Positions 9,136 to 18,826 of a DNA stretch of 64,000 nucleotides are shown here, piece after piece. The stretch is taken from the NCBI GenBank assembly GCA_032128415.1, contig JAQBGW010000134.1, positions 4,667-68,666 of the forward strand, read 5' to 3'. Within the stretch, counting starts at the first letter, position 1. Each line of letters starts with the position of its first letter. A program made the translations under genes and the position numbers. The stretch comes from Betaproteobacteria bacterium. GTDB lineage: Bacteria; Pseudomonadota; Gammaproteobacteria; Burkholderiales; SG8-41. The notes under the pieces were generated by a model, which worked only from the letters and a program-made list of their open reading frames with translations, had not been told where the DNA came from and searched no databases.

Positions 9136-9182
9136 TGGTTCGTATTGTGAAAGTGCGGGGCCACAGGGCGAGCCAACATACC

Positions 9183-9896
9183 TCAATTTGACCGGTATTG
9201 CCGCAGCCAGCGCTGATCTTTCTCGGTTTCCATCAAGTCGTGCAGGGTCTGTGCGCCGTTCGTCATCGCTTGCGCCAGCACCACCTGCAGCAGTTGTGCC
9301 GTCGCCAGAGCATCAGCCAGCGCGTTGTGCCTTGCATAGTTGAGGATGCCGAAGCGCTGCAACCATTCATCCAGCGTCCGCAGTGATTTGGAATTGGCAG
9401 TGTCGAATACCGCTGGCGCCAGAAAAGCCAGATCCAGCCAGTTGTTGGTTGGCTTGCTGCCGATGGAGTGATCGGCTGCGCGGCTGATCATTACCCGGTC
9501 GAAATCGGCGTGGAATCCCACCAACGGAGCGGCACCCGCATAATCAAGAAATTCCAGCATGGCATCGGCAGGCGCGCGTCCTGACAATTGCGTAGTACCG
9601 TCGATGCCGTGAATCAGGATATTGGCGGTGTTGCTGGCCTGCGGCTGACGAAACACTACTTCAAAACTCTCACTCAGGCGTACGCGGCCCTGCTCGACCA
9701 CCACGGCGCCGATGGAAATCAGTCGATCGGAATAAGGCTGCAACCCGGTAGTTTCTACATCGGCCACCACAAAGCGCAAGTGAGCCAGCGGCGTGGCAAC
9801 ATCAACGACAGGCTGTGCATGATAAGCAGCCAAAGCCAGTTGCTGTTCAACGTTCAACACCGGCGCCCTGCCCATCAAACGCCGCAACCAGTTCAT
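9183..9896 (-). CDS. DEDDh 3'-5' exonuclease (DnaQ/Pol III epsilon-like domain)
   Basis: Exo I motif FVVADVETTGL and Exo III motif HNALADALATAQL. The likely ATG (MNWLRRL) lies 10 bp after the stop of the upstream gene. Confidence 0.8.
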   Translation of the reverse strand: MNWLRRLMGRAPVLNVEQQLALAAYHAQPVVDVATPLAHLRFVVADVETTGLQPYSDRLISIGAVVVEQGRVRLSESFEVVFRQPQASNTANILIHGIDGTTQLSGRAPADAMLEFLDYAGAAPLVGFHADFDRVMISRAADHSIGSKPTNNWLDLAFLAPAVFDTANSKSLRTLDEWLQRFGILNYARHNALADALATAQLLQVVLAQAMTNGAQTLHDLMETEKDQRWLRQYRSN

Positions 9897-9906
9897 GGTT
9901 TCCGTC

Positions 9907-11820
9907 TCATAGCTGGTAGTCGAGCGCCAACCGGGCCTGCAGTTTGCGGATCTGGCGAAAACTTTCCTTGAGAATGCGGCGATCGACTTCATTGAGCTGC
10001 GCCGGCATGACGCGATTGCCACCCTTCGATCCCGTATCTGCCGCCAACTGTCCGCGCAATCTCAGAGACTGTATGAAAAAGAAAGAATCGACTATTGACG
10101 AGATCTCCGTGGGCGACATCTGCAGCTGCGGTCCGGCCTGACGCAAACGCTGTGCGGTGTTGGTGTGGGACACGCCAGTGGCCAGCGACAATACGCGCGC
10201 AGCGTCGGTGAACAGGCGGGCGCCGGATTTTTTGAGATCCAGCGTGCCTTTGAATTCACCATCGTCCACAGTCGAAAAATCGCTGATCAAGCCCAGCGGC
10301 GGCCGGGTTTCGAGCGCATATTGCGCAAGCTGTCTTTGGAAACGGCTGTTCACCCGGGTGAGTCCCAGCAGATGTTCGCGCAGCAAGGCAGCGAGCGATT
10401 CCTCGCCATGCACCGGGCGGAAATCGAAAAAAATCACTGAATTGAGCAATGCCTGCGGATCGGTATTGGCGATCCAGAAATCAAACTGTCCGCGCCACTC
10501 GTCAAGACTCAGACACCATTGCGGATTGCTGCCCATGATGTTGCCCAGGCACAACGGAAATCCGCAGGTGTCGAGGTCGCGATTGACTGCCAGCGCGAAC
10601 GGCAACAGCTTCGCTCGCGCTGCTTCCGCCGTCATGTCGTCAACTTCAAAAATCAAACCATTGTCCTGGTCAGTGCTGATGGTCTGTTCATAACGTCCCT
10701 CGCTGCCGAACGCCAGCCAGCACCAGCGTATGCCGTTTAACGGATAATTCTGCATTTCGATATCGAGTATGCGACGCACCAATGCATCGTTCAGCGTCGA
10801 AATAATCAGCGTCAGCTGTTCAGCAGCGACACCCTGCCCCAGCATGCTGCGCACCAGCCGGCGAATATCTGCCGCAGCATCGCGCAATTCAGCGAGAGAC
10901 TCCGTGTTTGCGATCGTGCGATTGATGGCGCGCATACTGACGCGCTGCAGGGCAAACAAATCACGCTCAGTCACCACTCCGATCAGCTGCCCGCCATCGA
11001 GAACGGGAACGTGGCGTATGCCGTGGTGCGCGATCAATAACGCGGCCTCATAGACGCTCGCTTCCGCAGGTAGCGTGCGCAGTTCGGTTGTCATGATGGC
11101 GCTGATAGGCAAATTCAGATTGCACTGGCTGAGTGCGACACGATCGAGCACGTCGTGCCGGGTGAATATGCCCATCAGTTTACCGGCGACATCGACAATC
11201 AGCATCGATCCTATTTTGCGGTCCCGCATGGTCTGCAGCACCGCTGCCACCGGCGTATCCGGCCCGGATGTGACTGGCGGGCGCGTCAGCAGGGAGCGCA
11301 ATGTCCGATTCATCACCTGCTGTTCGTCGGTGGACGATGTGCTATGCAATTGAATCAGTTTTCGCGACTGCGCGAGCAGACTGACCAGATACCGTGTGGC
11401 ATGGTTGCGGAATACTGCGCTGCACTCCAGCAGTTCCGGAAATTGCGCTGCTGGCAGTTCGTAGCAAAAGGTGTCCGCAATGGCGATGTACTGCGCTGTC
11501 ACCGGACGTTTCTCCAGCATGGCGGTGACGGGAAAAAATTCACCCGGGCCCAAGTTGATGTCGTGTATATCATCGCTATATGCGACATCGAAAGGTGCCA
11601 CTTGCACCATACCGCGCTGAATAATGTAGAACACCGCGGGCTCACCCTGCGCCGGATCGAGGATTACCGTATCTTTGGGGTAATAGCCAAGATTGAGGCG
11701 CGCCGCAAGAAAACACAGCGCGTCTTCCTCCATTTGCCCGAACGGCGGGTACTGTCGCAGGAAATCTGCAACCACTTTTGTAATCCTCGCTGCAGCGTCG
11801 CCGGTAACTGGAACGGACAT
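9907..11820 (-). CDS. Cyclic-nucleotide-binding / tandem CBS / DUF294 putative nucleotidyltransferase signalling protein
   Basis: N-terminal cNMP-binding fold, two CBS repeats (MLIVD...GIFTRHDVL; HVPVLDGGQLIGVVTERDL) and an NTase signature FGSEGRYEQTISTDQDNGLIF (G-S...D-x-D). The start is either the GTG at 11826 or the ATG at 11820. Confidence 0.85.
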   Translation of the reverse strand: MSVPVTGDAAARITKVVADFLRQYPPFGQMEEDALCFLAARLNLGYYPKDTVILDPAQGEPAVFYIIQRGMVQVAPFDVAYSDDIHDINLGPGEFFPVTAMLEKRPVTAQYIAIADTFCYELPAAQFPELLECSAVFRNHATRYLVSLLAQSRKLIQLHSTSSTDEQQVMNRTLRSLLTRPPVTSGPDTPVAAVLQTMRDRKIGSMLIVDVAGKLMGIFTRHDVLDRVALSQCNLNLPISAIMTTELRTLPAEASVYEAALLIAHHGIRHVPVLDGGQLIGVVTERDLFALQRVSMRAINRTIANTESLAELRDAAADIRRLVRSMLGQGVAAEQLTLIISTLNDALVRRILDIEMQNYPLNGIRWCWLAFGSEGRYEQTISTDQDNGLIFEVDDMTAEAARAKLLPFALAVNRDLDTCGFPLCLGNIMGSNPQWCLSLDEWRGQFDFWIANTDPQALLNSVIFFDFRPVHGEESLAALLREHLLGLTRVNSRFQRQLAQYALETRPPLGLISDFSTVDDGEFKGTLDLKKSGARLFTDAARVLSLATGVSHTNTAQRLRQAGPQLQMSPTEISSIVDSFFFIQSLRLRGQLAADTGSKGGNRVMPAQLNEVDRRILKESFRQIRKLQARLALDYQL

Positions 11821-11941
11821 GCTCACCCCCTGCCCGGTTTCATAGACCTACGCCAACCAGCACCGGGATGGAATTCAGCTTATCACGGTGACTCAGCCCG
11901 CTTTTGATCGAGATCAATCTAGCGGTATGGTACCGGTAGAA

Positions 11942-12382
11942 TCAGTGTGGCTTATTGGCCAAGTGCGGCGGCACTGGCAATGAGATTACGTCGATGCCTT
12001 CATCACGCAACGCAGAGACTTCCTTGGCGGATGCCGTGCCGCGAATATGCCGCTCCGGTGCTTCCTTGTAGTGAATCCGCCGCACTTCCTCCGGGAATGC
12101 CCTGCCGACATCTTCCGCATTCTCGACTATGCGCGAAATCAGCCGGAGTACTTTGGCTGGATCAAAATTGGCGTATTGCGCAGCATCCTGCGGTACATCT
12201 GCGGGCTGTTCGGCACGCCCGGTGTTGAGCCGTGCCGCAGTGACCAGCCGTTGGACCGCCTGGCTGCCGCACAGCGGACAACTCAGCAGATGTTCTTTCT
12301 GCTGGCGCTCGAATTCATCGCCCGAGGAAAACCAGCCCTCAAAACGGTGATCGTTGTCGCAGCCGAGGTCAAATACAATCAT
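11942..12382 (-). CDS. DUF1178 family protein
   Basis: MIVFDLGCDNDHRFEGWFSSGDEFERQ...LSCPLCGS is the characteristic DUF1178 N-terminus with zinc-ribbon-like Cys pairs. Confidence 0.8.
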   Translation of the reverse strand: MIVFDLGCDNDHRFEGWFSSGDEFERQQKEHLLSCPLCGSQAVQRLVTAARLNTGRAEQPADVPQDAAQYANFDPAKVLRLISRIVENAEDVGRAFPEEVRRIHYKEAPERHIRGTASAKEVSALRDEGIDVISLPVPPHLANKPH

Positions 12383-12404
12383 GATTCAGTAGCACCTGAC
12401 AGGA

Positions 12405-12489
12405 TGGTGGGCGAGGCCGGACTTGAACCGGCATGGCTTGCGCCGAGGGATTTTAAGTCCCTTGTGTATACCAATTTCACCACTCGCCC
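12405..12489 (-). tRNA. leuZ: tRNA-Leu (anticodon UAA)
   Basis: The reverse complement reads GGGCGAGTGGTGAAATTGGTA...AGGGA-CTTAAAA-TCCCT...long variable arm...GGTTCAAGTCCGGCCTCGCCCACCA. The cloverleaf and encoded CCA are visible. Confidence 0.9.
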
Positions 12490-12551
12490 CGTAGGCCAAA
12501 GATAACATCGGGACCGGGCCTCGCCACTTGTGTTTTAAGCTTACTTCAAGC

Positions 12552-12625
12552 TGGAGGCGGGGGTCGGAATCGAACCGGCGTACACGGCTTTGCAGGCCGC
12601 TGCATGACCACTCTGCCACCCCGCC
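12552..12625 (-). tRNA. cysT: tRNA-Cys (anticodon GCA)
   Basis: The reverse complement reads GGCGGGGTGGCAGAGTGG...GCGGC-CTGCAAA-GCCGT...GGTTCGATTCC...CCCCGCCTCCA. There is one C-A mismatch in the T stem. Confidence 0.85.
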
Positions 12626-12683
12626 ATTGGAACTAAAAGGGGAAAACGGCTGGCTGTATATTCCACCGTTTTCCCCGGGTATT

Positions 12684-12759
12684 TGGAGCGGGAGAAGAGT
12701 CTCGAACTCTCGACCTCAACCTTGGCAAGGTTGCGCTCTACCAACTGAGCTACTCCCGC
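12684..12759 (-). tRNA. glyW: tRNA-Gly (anticodon GCC)
   Basis: The reverse complement reads GCGGGAGTAGCTCAGTTGGTAGAGCGCAACC-TTGCCAA-GGTTGAGGTCGAGAGTTCGAGACTCTTCTCCCGCTCCA. It is very close to E. coli tRNA-Gly(GCC). Confidence 0.9.
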
Positions 12760-12807
12760 GTTGCAACGGGCGATTATAGGACAACCCCTCCCTGACTCGC
12801 AACCCGG

Positions 12808-13377
12808 CTAAACCCGGCCGGCAGCAGCGCGCCAGGCCATTTTCAGGTAATACCCCATGGAAACCAGGGTCAGCACGGCAGCGATCCAGATCAGCCAGGT
12901 ACCGACGTGCTGGGGCACAAAAACCCCGATCGGATCGTGATAGAGCAGCATGGGAATGGCGATCATCTGGGCTGCAGTCTTGAATTTTCCGACCATGGAA
13001 ACGGCGACACTTTTGCCCTGTCCGATTGAAGCCATCCATTCGCGCAATGCAGAAATCGCAATTTCCCTGCCAATGATAACCAGCGCAATCACGGCATCAA
13101 CCCGACCCAATTGCACCAAAATGATCAGTGCTGCCGCCACCATCAGCTTGTCGGCGACTGGATCGAGGAATGCACCAAATGCCGAGGTCTGATTGAGTTT
13201 GCGCGCCAGCCAGCCGTCCAGCCAATCCGTGATCGCCGCCACCGCAAAAATTACGGTTGCGACCAGATTCTGGTTGGCGTGGGACACCCAGCTTTTCTCA
13301 AAATAAAATACGCCGACGAACAGCGGGATCATCATGATCCGCAGCCAGGTCAACACATTGGGCCAGTTTAAACTCAT
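12808..13377 (-). CDS. pgsA: CDP-diacylglycerol--glycerol-3-phosphate 3-phosphatidyltransferase
   Basis: MSLNWPNVLTWLRI... and the CDP-alcohol transferase motif DWLDGWLARKLNQTSAFGAFLDPVADK. The ATG at 13377 overlaps the uvrC stop; the longer ORF to 13608 is an upstream extension inside uvrC. Confidence 0.9.
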   Translation of the reverse strand: MSLNWPNVLTWLRIMMIPLFVGVFYFEKSWVSHANQNLVATVIFAVAAITDWLDGWLARKLNQTSAFGAFLDPVADKLMVAAALIILVQLGRVDAVIALVIIGREIAISALREWMASIGQGKSVAVSMVGKFKTAAQMIAIPMLLYHDPIGVFVPQHVGTWLIWIAAVLTLVSMGYYLKMAWRAAAGRV

Positions 13378-13381
13378 GACA

Positions 13382-15184
13382 TCAATGCAGCGCTGCGTAG
13401 ATGCGCTCAGCCAGCGCGTGATTAATGCCATCGACCTCGGCGACTTCATCCACGCTCGCCGCCACCAGCCCGCGCAGACCGCCAAAACGTGCCAGCAACC
13501 GCTGGCGGCGTTTAGCACCGATGCCGGGGATATCCTCCAGCGGCGACGTGGTTCGGGCACGGGCACGTCGGGCGCGATGACCTTCGATGGCAAATCGGTG
13601 CGCTTCATCGCGGATCTGCTGGATCAGGTGCAGCCCAGGATCGTCAGTCTGCAGACTGAATCCGGATTCCCGCCCCGGCATCAGCAGTTCCTCCATCCCC
13701 GGCTTGCGTGTCGGCCCCTTGGCTACAGCCAACAGCGGCAAATCGGCACGTCCCAGTTCCGCCATTACTTCGCACGCCACATTTAACTGTCCTTGTCCGC
13801 CATCAATCAAGATCAGATCAGGCATCTTACCCTCTCCCGATACCACTTTGCGATAGCGGCGGGTCAGCACTTCGCGCATGGCTCCGTAATCATCTCCGGC
13901 AACTACGTCGCGCATGTTGAAGTGGCGATATTGGCTGCGCTGCATGGCACCACGGTCATATACTACGCAGGACGCCACAGTAGCCTCGCCCTGAGTGTGG
14001 CTGATGTCGAAACATTCGATGCGCTGCACGGTTTCCGGCAGATTCAACCCCTGCTGCAGGGCCGTCAATTTTGCTGCATCACCCAGTAATCGCACATTGC
14101 GTTGCCCTGCCCCCAGTTCGGCATTTTTCTGCGCCATCTGCAGCCATGCCCGGCGGTCACCGATGGGATGCGCCGCAATCTGCACCCGCCGTCCGCTGCG
14201 TTCGCTCAGAGTCTGCTGCCACATCTCGACGGCAATGGCCTCCCCGACAATGATTTGTGGCGGCACTGCTTGCAACAGGTAATGCTGGGCCATGAAAGCT
14301 TCAAGTATTTGAGCCGGCGTTGCATCCTCAGCGTTTAGCGGAAAAAAATTCTTGTCGCCGAGATGCAACCCGCCGCGGATCATCACCAGATTTACGCAGA
14401 CGATACCCACCGCAGAACCGCAGGCAATCACATCAACGTCGCGCCCGGATTCATCGCTGACATATTGTTTTTCGCGTACTTTATGCAGCGCTCCAAGCTG
14501 GTCTCGGCATACCGCCGCCTCTTCGTAGCGGCGCGCCTCGGCCGCAGCGTGCATACGCTCATCTAACCGACCGAACACAACGCTCTCCTGTCCGGTCAGG
14601 AACAATTCGGCGCTACGCACGTCTTCCGCGTACTCGGCGTCTCCGATCAACCCGACACACGGCGCCGTGCAGCGGTGAATCTGGTGAAGCAGGCAGGGAC
14701 GCGAGCGGTGCGCAAATACGCTATCTTCGCAGGTGCGCAACCGGAATACTTTTTGCAGCAATTGCATGCTTTCGCGAACCGCGCCGGCATTGGGAAATGG
14801 TCCGAAACAACGGTCTTTCTTGTCCGGCGTGCCGCGAAAAAATCCCAACCGTGAATAACGATGCCCGCTCAGCATCAAATAGGGATAGGACTTGTCGTCG
14901 CGGAACAGGATGTTGTAACGCGGAGTTAGCGATTTAATCAGATTGCTCTCAAGCAACAGCGCTTCCGCCTCCGATCGTGTCACCGTGGTCTCTATCCCGG
15001 CGACTTGCGCCACCATCAACCGGATGCGCGGCGACAAGGCTTCGGTGCGCTGAAAATAAGAACTGACACGCTTGCGTAAATCCAGCGCCTTGCCGACGTA
15101 GAGTACTTCGCTGTCTTTGTTGAGCATGCGATAGACACCGGGCAAGTGCGGCAATCGGCCTGCGATGTCGGCGAGTGGTGTCAC
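13382..15184 (-). CDS. uvrC: Excinuclease ABC subunit C
   Basis: 600 aa with a GIY-YIG N-terminus (PGVYRMLNKDSEVLYVGKA), a UvrBC domain and a C-terminal (HhH)2. Confidence 0.95.
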   Translation of the reverse strand: MTPLADIAGRLPHLPGVYRMLNKDSEVLYVGKALDLRKRVSSYFQRTEALSPRIRLMVAQVAGIETTVTRSEAEALLLESNLIKSLTPRYNILFRDDKSYPYLMLSGHRYSRLGFFRGTPDKKDRCFGPFPNAGAVRESMQLLQKVFRLRTCEDSVFAHRSRPCLLHQIHRCTAPCVGLIGDAEYAEDVRSAELFLTGQESVVFGRLDERMHAAAEARRYEEAAVCRDQLGALHKVREKQYVSDESGRDVDVIACGSAVGIVCVNLVMIRGGLHLGDKNFFPLNAEDATPAQILEAFMAQHYLLQAVPPQIIVGEAIAVEMWQQTLSERSGRRVQIAAHPIGDRRAWLQMAQKNAELGAGQRNVRLLGDAAKLTALQQGLNLPETVQRIECFDISHTQGEATVASCVVYDRGAMQRSQYRHFNMRDVVAGDDYGAMREVLTRRYRKVVSGEGKMPDLILIDGGQGQLNVACEVMAELGRADLPLLAVAKGPTRKPGMEELLMPGRESGFSLQTDDPGLHLIQQIRDEAHRFAIEGHRARRARARTTSPLEDIPGIGAKRRQRLLARFGGLRGLVAASVDEVAEVDGINHALAERIYAALH

Positions 15185-15873
15185 ACCGGCGCCCCATTGT
15201 GGGCCGTCAGAAAAGCGGCAATCTGCTCAAATACGTCGCGAAACATATCGGGGGTCAGACGCCGGGTATTCGTGTTGTAACGACTGCAGTGATAACTGTC
15301 GAACAGGCGCATATCCCGCTCCAGCGCATGGCTGGTGTTATGCGCGAACGAGAAAGCCGCCACGCGCATATCCAGCGCCCGCAGCACGGCCTGGTGCGCA
15401 ACAGTGCCCAGCGCCAATACGGCTGCACCTTCGGCCAGATCCGCCAGTTCGGCGCGCAGAAAGCCATTGCATTCACGTACTTCAGCAGGCAACGGTTTGT
15501 TTTCCGGCGGCAGGCATTTAACTGCATTGGTAATGCGACAGCCACGCAATTTCAGACCGTCTCCGGCAGCTGTTGCCACCGCCTGACTGCCATAGCCGAA
15601 ACGATGCAGTGTTTCGTAGAGCAGGATACCGGCATGGTCACCGGTAAACGGCCGCCCGGTGCGATTGGCGCCGTGCATGCCGGGCGCCAGCCCGACTACC
15701 AGCAGACGCGGCTGCGGATCGCCGAATGGAATGACCGGTCGCGCATGATAGTCTGGATTCGAAACCCGCACTGCGGCCAGATGTCCGGCGAGACGCGGGC
15801 AGCGGGTGCAGCTCGTGGAAAACGGTGGATATGCCGCATCATGGCTACCGGCGGATTTTCTCTTCACAACCAC
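15181..15873 (-). CDS. Uracil-DNA glycosylase superfamily protein (family 5/UdgB-like motif)
   Basis: CTRCPRL..., GLAPGMHGANRTGRPFTGD, NAVKCLPP, and a C-terminal HCSRYN motif. GTG start. The stop overlaps the uvrC start by 4 bp. Confidence 0.8.
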   Translation of the reverse strand: MVVKRKSAGSHDAAYPPFSTSCTRCPRLAGHLAAVRVSNPDYHARPVIPFGDPQPRLLVVGLAPGMHGANRTGRPFTGDHAGILLYETLHRFGYGSQAVATAAGDGLKLRGCRITNAVKCLPPENKPLPAEVRECNGFLRAELADLAEGAAVLALGTVAHQAVLRALDMRVAAFSFAHNTSHALERDMRLFDSYHCSRYNTNTRRLTPDMFRDVFEQIAAFLTAHNGAPV

Positions 15874-15882
15874 GTCCGCAAC

Positions 15883-16944
15883 TCAAGCGAACGGCAATTC
15901 GCCGCTGCGCCCGCCCAGTCCGGCAATGGCGTGCAGAGCTGCGACATAACGCGGATCTTCACGCAGCTTGACCTGATCGGCAGCGTGCGCCCGGCCATGA
16001 ATACGGGCAAGACGCACCAGAGCCGTCGCCGGCATCGTGTAATCAAGGCCCGCCAGCAGTTCGTCGGCTGATTGCGGGTTATTGCACACCAGTACCATGT
16101 CGCAACCGGCACGTAGTGCTGTATGGGCGCGCGCCACCACGCCACCCGCTACGCTCGCACCTTCCATACTGAGGTCATCGCTGAAAATGATGCCGTCGAA
16201 TCCCAATTCACCGCGCAACATGTCTTTCAGCCATTTCTCCGAGTAGCCGGCCGGCGCAGCATCAACTTGCGGATAAATAACATGGGCCGGCATGATTCCG
16301 CCCAACCCGGCGTCGATCAAGCGGCGAAACGGCACCAAGTCCTCACCGACTATATCCGCCAGAGGACGCTCGTCCACCGGCACTTCGTGATGCGAATCAG
16401 CACGTACATGCCCATGACCGGGAAAATGCTTGCCGACTGCCGCCATGCCAGCGTCGCGCAGGCCGTGGATCAGCGCAATTGCGAGTTCAGAAATTGCATC
16501 CGGTCGGGTATGGAATGCGCGATCGCCAATGACGCCGCTGTTGCCATAATCGACATCGAGCACCGGCGTGAACGAAAGATCAACACCATGGACGCGCAAC
16601 TCCGCGGCCAGCACAAAGCCCAGCGACCGCGCCAGATCGGCCGCTTTGCGCCGGTCGTGATCCCAAATCATCCCCAGCTCACGCATCGGCGGAATGCGCG
16701 TGAACCCTTCACGAAATCGCTGCACCCTGCCACCCTCGTGATCGACCGCGATGATCAGTGGCGGACTACGCACCGCGTGAATTTCCGAGGTGAGCTGTGT
16801 AAGTTGTGCGCAGGATTCAAAATTGCGGGTGAACAGAATCACCCCGCCGACCAGGGGGTGCTGCAGGCGTTGCCGGTCCGCGTCGGTCAACGTCGTGCCG
16901 ACGACATCCAGCATCACCGGTCCCAGTGGTATGGTTTTTGTCAT
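15883..16944 (-). CDS. nagZ: Beta-N-acetylhexosaminidase (peptidoglycan recycling)
   Basis: GGVILFTRNF, VDHEGGRVQRF, KHFPGHG and the GH3 core. The ATG at 16944 forms an ATGA overlap with the acpS stop. Confidence 0.9.
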   Translation of the reverse strand: MTKTIPLGPVMLDVVGTTLTDADRQRLQHPLVGGVILFTRNFESCAQLTQLTSEIHAVRSPPLIIAVDHEGGRVQRFREGFTRIPPMRELGMIWDHDRRKAADLARSLGFVLAAELRVHGVDLSFTPVLDVDYGNSGVIGDRAFHTRPDAISELAIALIHGLRDAGMAAVGKHFPGHGHVRADSHHEVPVDERPLADIVGEDLVPFRRLIDAGLGGIMPAHVIYPQVDAAPAGYSEKWLKDMLRGELGFDGIIFSDDLSMEGASVAGGVVARAHTALRAGCDMVLVCNNPQSADELLAGLDYTMPATALVRLARIHGRAHAADQVKLREDPRYVAALHAIAGLGGRSGELPFA

Positions 16945-17318
16945 TTTTCGAGCACCACGCAAGCGCAGGCCATATTCGACTCATCACTGATAGTCAGATG
17001 ATGACCGACTATGCCCTGCTTGTTGACCAGTTCATTCAGCGGTTCGTTGAAGGATAAGCTCGGCTTGCCGGCGCTGTTTTGTACCACGCTGATGCATTGC
17101 AAAGTAACCGGGTAGCGGAATCCTGTACCCATCGCCTTGGAGAACGCCTCTTTGGCGGCAAAACGATTGGCGAGAAAAAGCACCGGCTGCGCGCTGCGGG
17201 CATATCGTGGCCGCTCCAACGGGGTCAGGACGCGGTTGATGAAGCGCTCGCCGTATTTTTCCAGCAGGCGTGCGACGCGATGTGGCTGGATGACGTCGAT
17301 GCCGATACCGTAAATCAT
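16941..17318 (-). CDS. acpS: Holo-[acyl-carrier-protein] synthase
   Basis: [15 protein letters not shown]... and [10 protein letters not shown]. 125 aa. Confidence 0.9.
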   Translation of the reverse strand: MIYGIGIDVIQPHRVARLLEKYGERFINRVLTPLERPRYARSAQPVLFLANRFAAKEAFSKAMGTGFRYPVTLQCISVVQNSAGKPSLSFNEPLNELVNKQGIVGHHLTISDESNMACACVVLEK

Positions 17319-18073
17319 CGCTGCCCGCCCATGATCCGCAGGTAATCAGCCACAGTTGTGGCCAAACCGAACTCGAGCGCATCGGCAATCAAGGCGTGAC
17401 CGATCGACACTTCGTCAACATCCGGCACAGCCGCGAGAAAGTGCGGCAAGTTGTCACGGTTGAGATCATGTCCGGCGTTCACCCCCAGTCCGGCAGCATG
17501 AGCACCGCGCGCTGCGTTGGTGTAAAGGGCAAGTATTCCGGCCTCTTCCGCTCCGCCAAATGCCCGCGCATAAGGCTCAGTGTAGAGCTCAACGCGATCG
17601 GCGCCAGCCGCCGCTACTGCCTTCATGGCATCCGGCAGCGGATCCATGAACAGGCTGACGCGTACACCCAGACTTTTAAGTACAGAAATCACCGGTCGCA
17701 ACCGCGTCGCATCTTGCGTCATGCTCCAGCCATGATCCGATGTTCGAGCTCCGGGATCATCGGGTACCAGAGTACATTGCTGCGGCCGCACGGCACGCAC
17801 CAGATCGAGCAGCGGTGGTTCAAACGGATTGCCCTCGATATTGAATTCGATTGAGGGTCGCGCGCGGAGCAACTGCGCCAGTTCATGAACATCCGCCGCG
17901 CGGATATGCCGTGCGTCCGGACGGGGATGAACGGTAATGCCGTGCGCGCCGGCGTCGAGCGCAATGCCCGCAGCCCGAATCACGCTCGGGATGCCCAGCG
18001 CACGCGCATTGCGCAGCAGCGCGACTTTGTTGAGATTGACGCTGAGTCGGGTCATGCGTTTTGCGGAAAGCAT
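17315..18073 (-). CDS. pdxJ: Pyridoxine 5'-phosphate synthase
   Basis: [31 protein letters not shown] and NAGHDLN. Confidence 0.9.
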   Translation of the reverse strand: MLSAKRMTRLSVNLNKVALLRNARALGIPSVIRAAGIALDAGAHGITVHPRPDARHIRAADVHELAQLLRARPSIEFNIEGNPFEPPLLDLVRAVRPQQCTLVPDDPGARTSDHGWSMTQDATRLRPVISVLKSLGVRVSLFMDPLPDAMKAVAAAGADRVELYTEPYARAFGGAEEAGILALYTNAARGAHAAGLGVNAGHDLNRDNLPHFLAAVPDVDEVSIGHALIADALEFGLATTVADYLRIMGGQR

Positions 18074-18097
18074 TTTACAAAAAATCGTGGGCCGCGA

Positions 18098-18826
18098 TTA
18101 CATCTGCTGCAGATCGCGGAGCAGTTGCCGGGTGTGCAGCGTTTGGTTGCCGAGACAGTGATTGATCAATGCGCGCATCAACACCTTGCCTTGCTGAATA
18201 GTCTGGGGGTTTTCATAACGATCGACAGCCATGTCGATCAGCGTCTGCCCCGCTAATTCTACGCCGCTTTGCGGAGTAATCTCGGCGGCGGGTACCGGCC
18301 CGCGATCCGGAATGTAACGATACAGCCGGTCGCCGGCGATGGGCGTGCCGCCGGCGACCTCCCGGTCGAGCACCAGGCCGTATCCCAGCTCGCGCAGCAA
18401 TACCCGCTCGAAGCGTCGCAGCACGGCACCGTGATCCCGATCATCCGGCAATTGCGCCAACGCCGCGGCATAGGCCTCGAACAGCTGTTCATGCGGATCT
18501 TCGCGGGGCAGCAGCTTGAGCATCAATTCGTTGAGATAAAAACCACAGATCAGACTCAGGCCCCGCAGCGGCCGGTAGCCACCCTGCCATTCAGCCTTAT
18601 GCAAGGTCTTCAACTCGGTTTTGCCTGTCCAACCCAACAGCAGCGGCTGAAACGCCATCAGCACACCCCGCAATGCCGAACGTGGCCGGCGGGCACCGCG
18701 GGCAATAACGGCAACTCGCCCCACTTCCCGGGTATAGGTTTCTACGACCAGGCTGGTCTCCCGGTACGGGTAGGTATGCAGCAGATAAGCCGATTGGCCG
18801 TCGCGGCGTACGCGATCAACGGCCAT
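18098..18826 (-). CDS. recO: DNA repair protein RecO
   Basis: 242 aa with AYLLHTYPYRETSLVVETYTRE.GRV. It sits in the era-recO-pdxJ position. Confidence 0.9.
   Translation of the reverse strand: MAVDRVRRDGQSAYLLHTYPYRETSLVVETYTREVGRVAVIARGARRPRSALRGVLMAFQPLLLGWTGKTELKTLHKAEWQGGYRPLRGLSLICGFYLNELMLKLLPREDPHEQLFEAYAAALAQLPDDRDHGAVLRRFERVLLRELGYGLVLDREVAGGTPIAGDRLYRYIPDRGPVPAAEITPQSGVELAGQTLIDMAVDRYENPQTIQQGKVLMRALINHCLGNQTLHTRQLLRDLQQM

Noticed and set aside
12405-12759. tRNA-Gly/Cys/Leu cluster as a possible genomic-island integration site
   Set aside because: The arrangement uvrC-pgsA-tRNA Gly-Cys-Leu is the same as the E. coli uvrC-pgsA-glyW-cysT-leuZ locus. No integrase, no tRNA 3'-end direct repeat and no compositional break is visible. 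The next gene is a conserved DUF1178.
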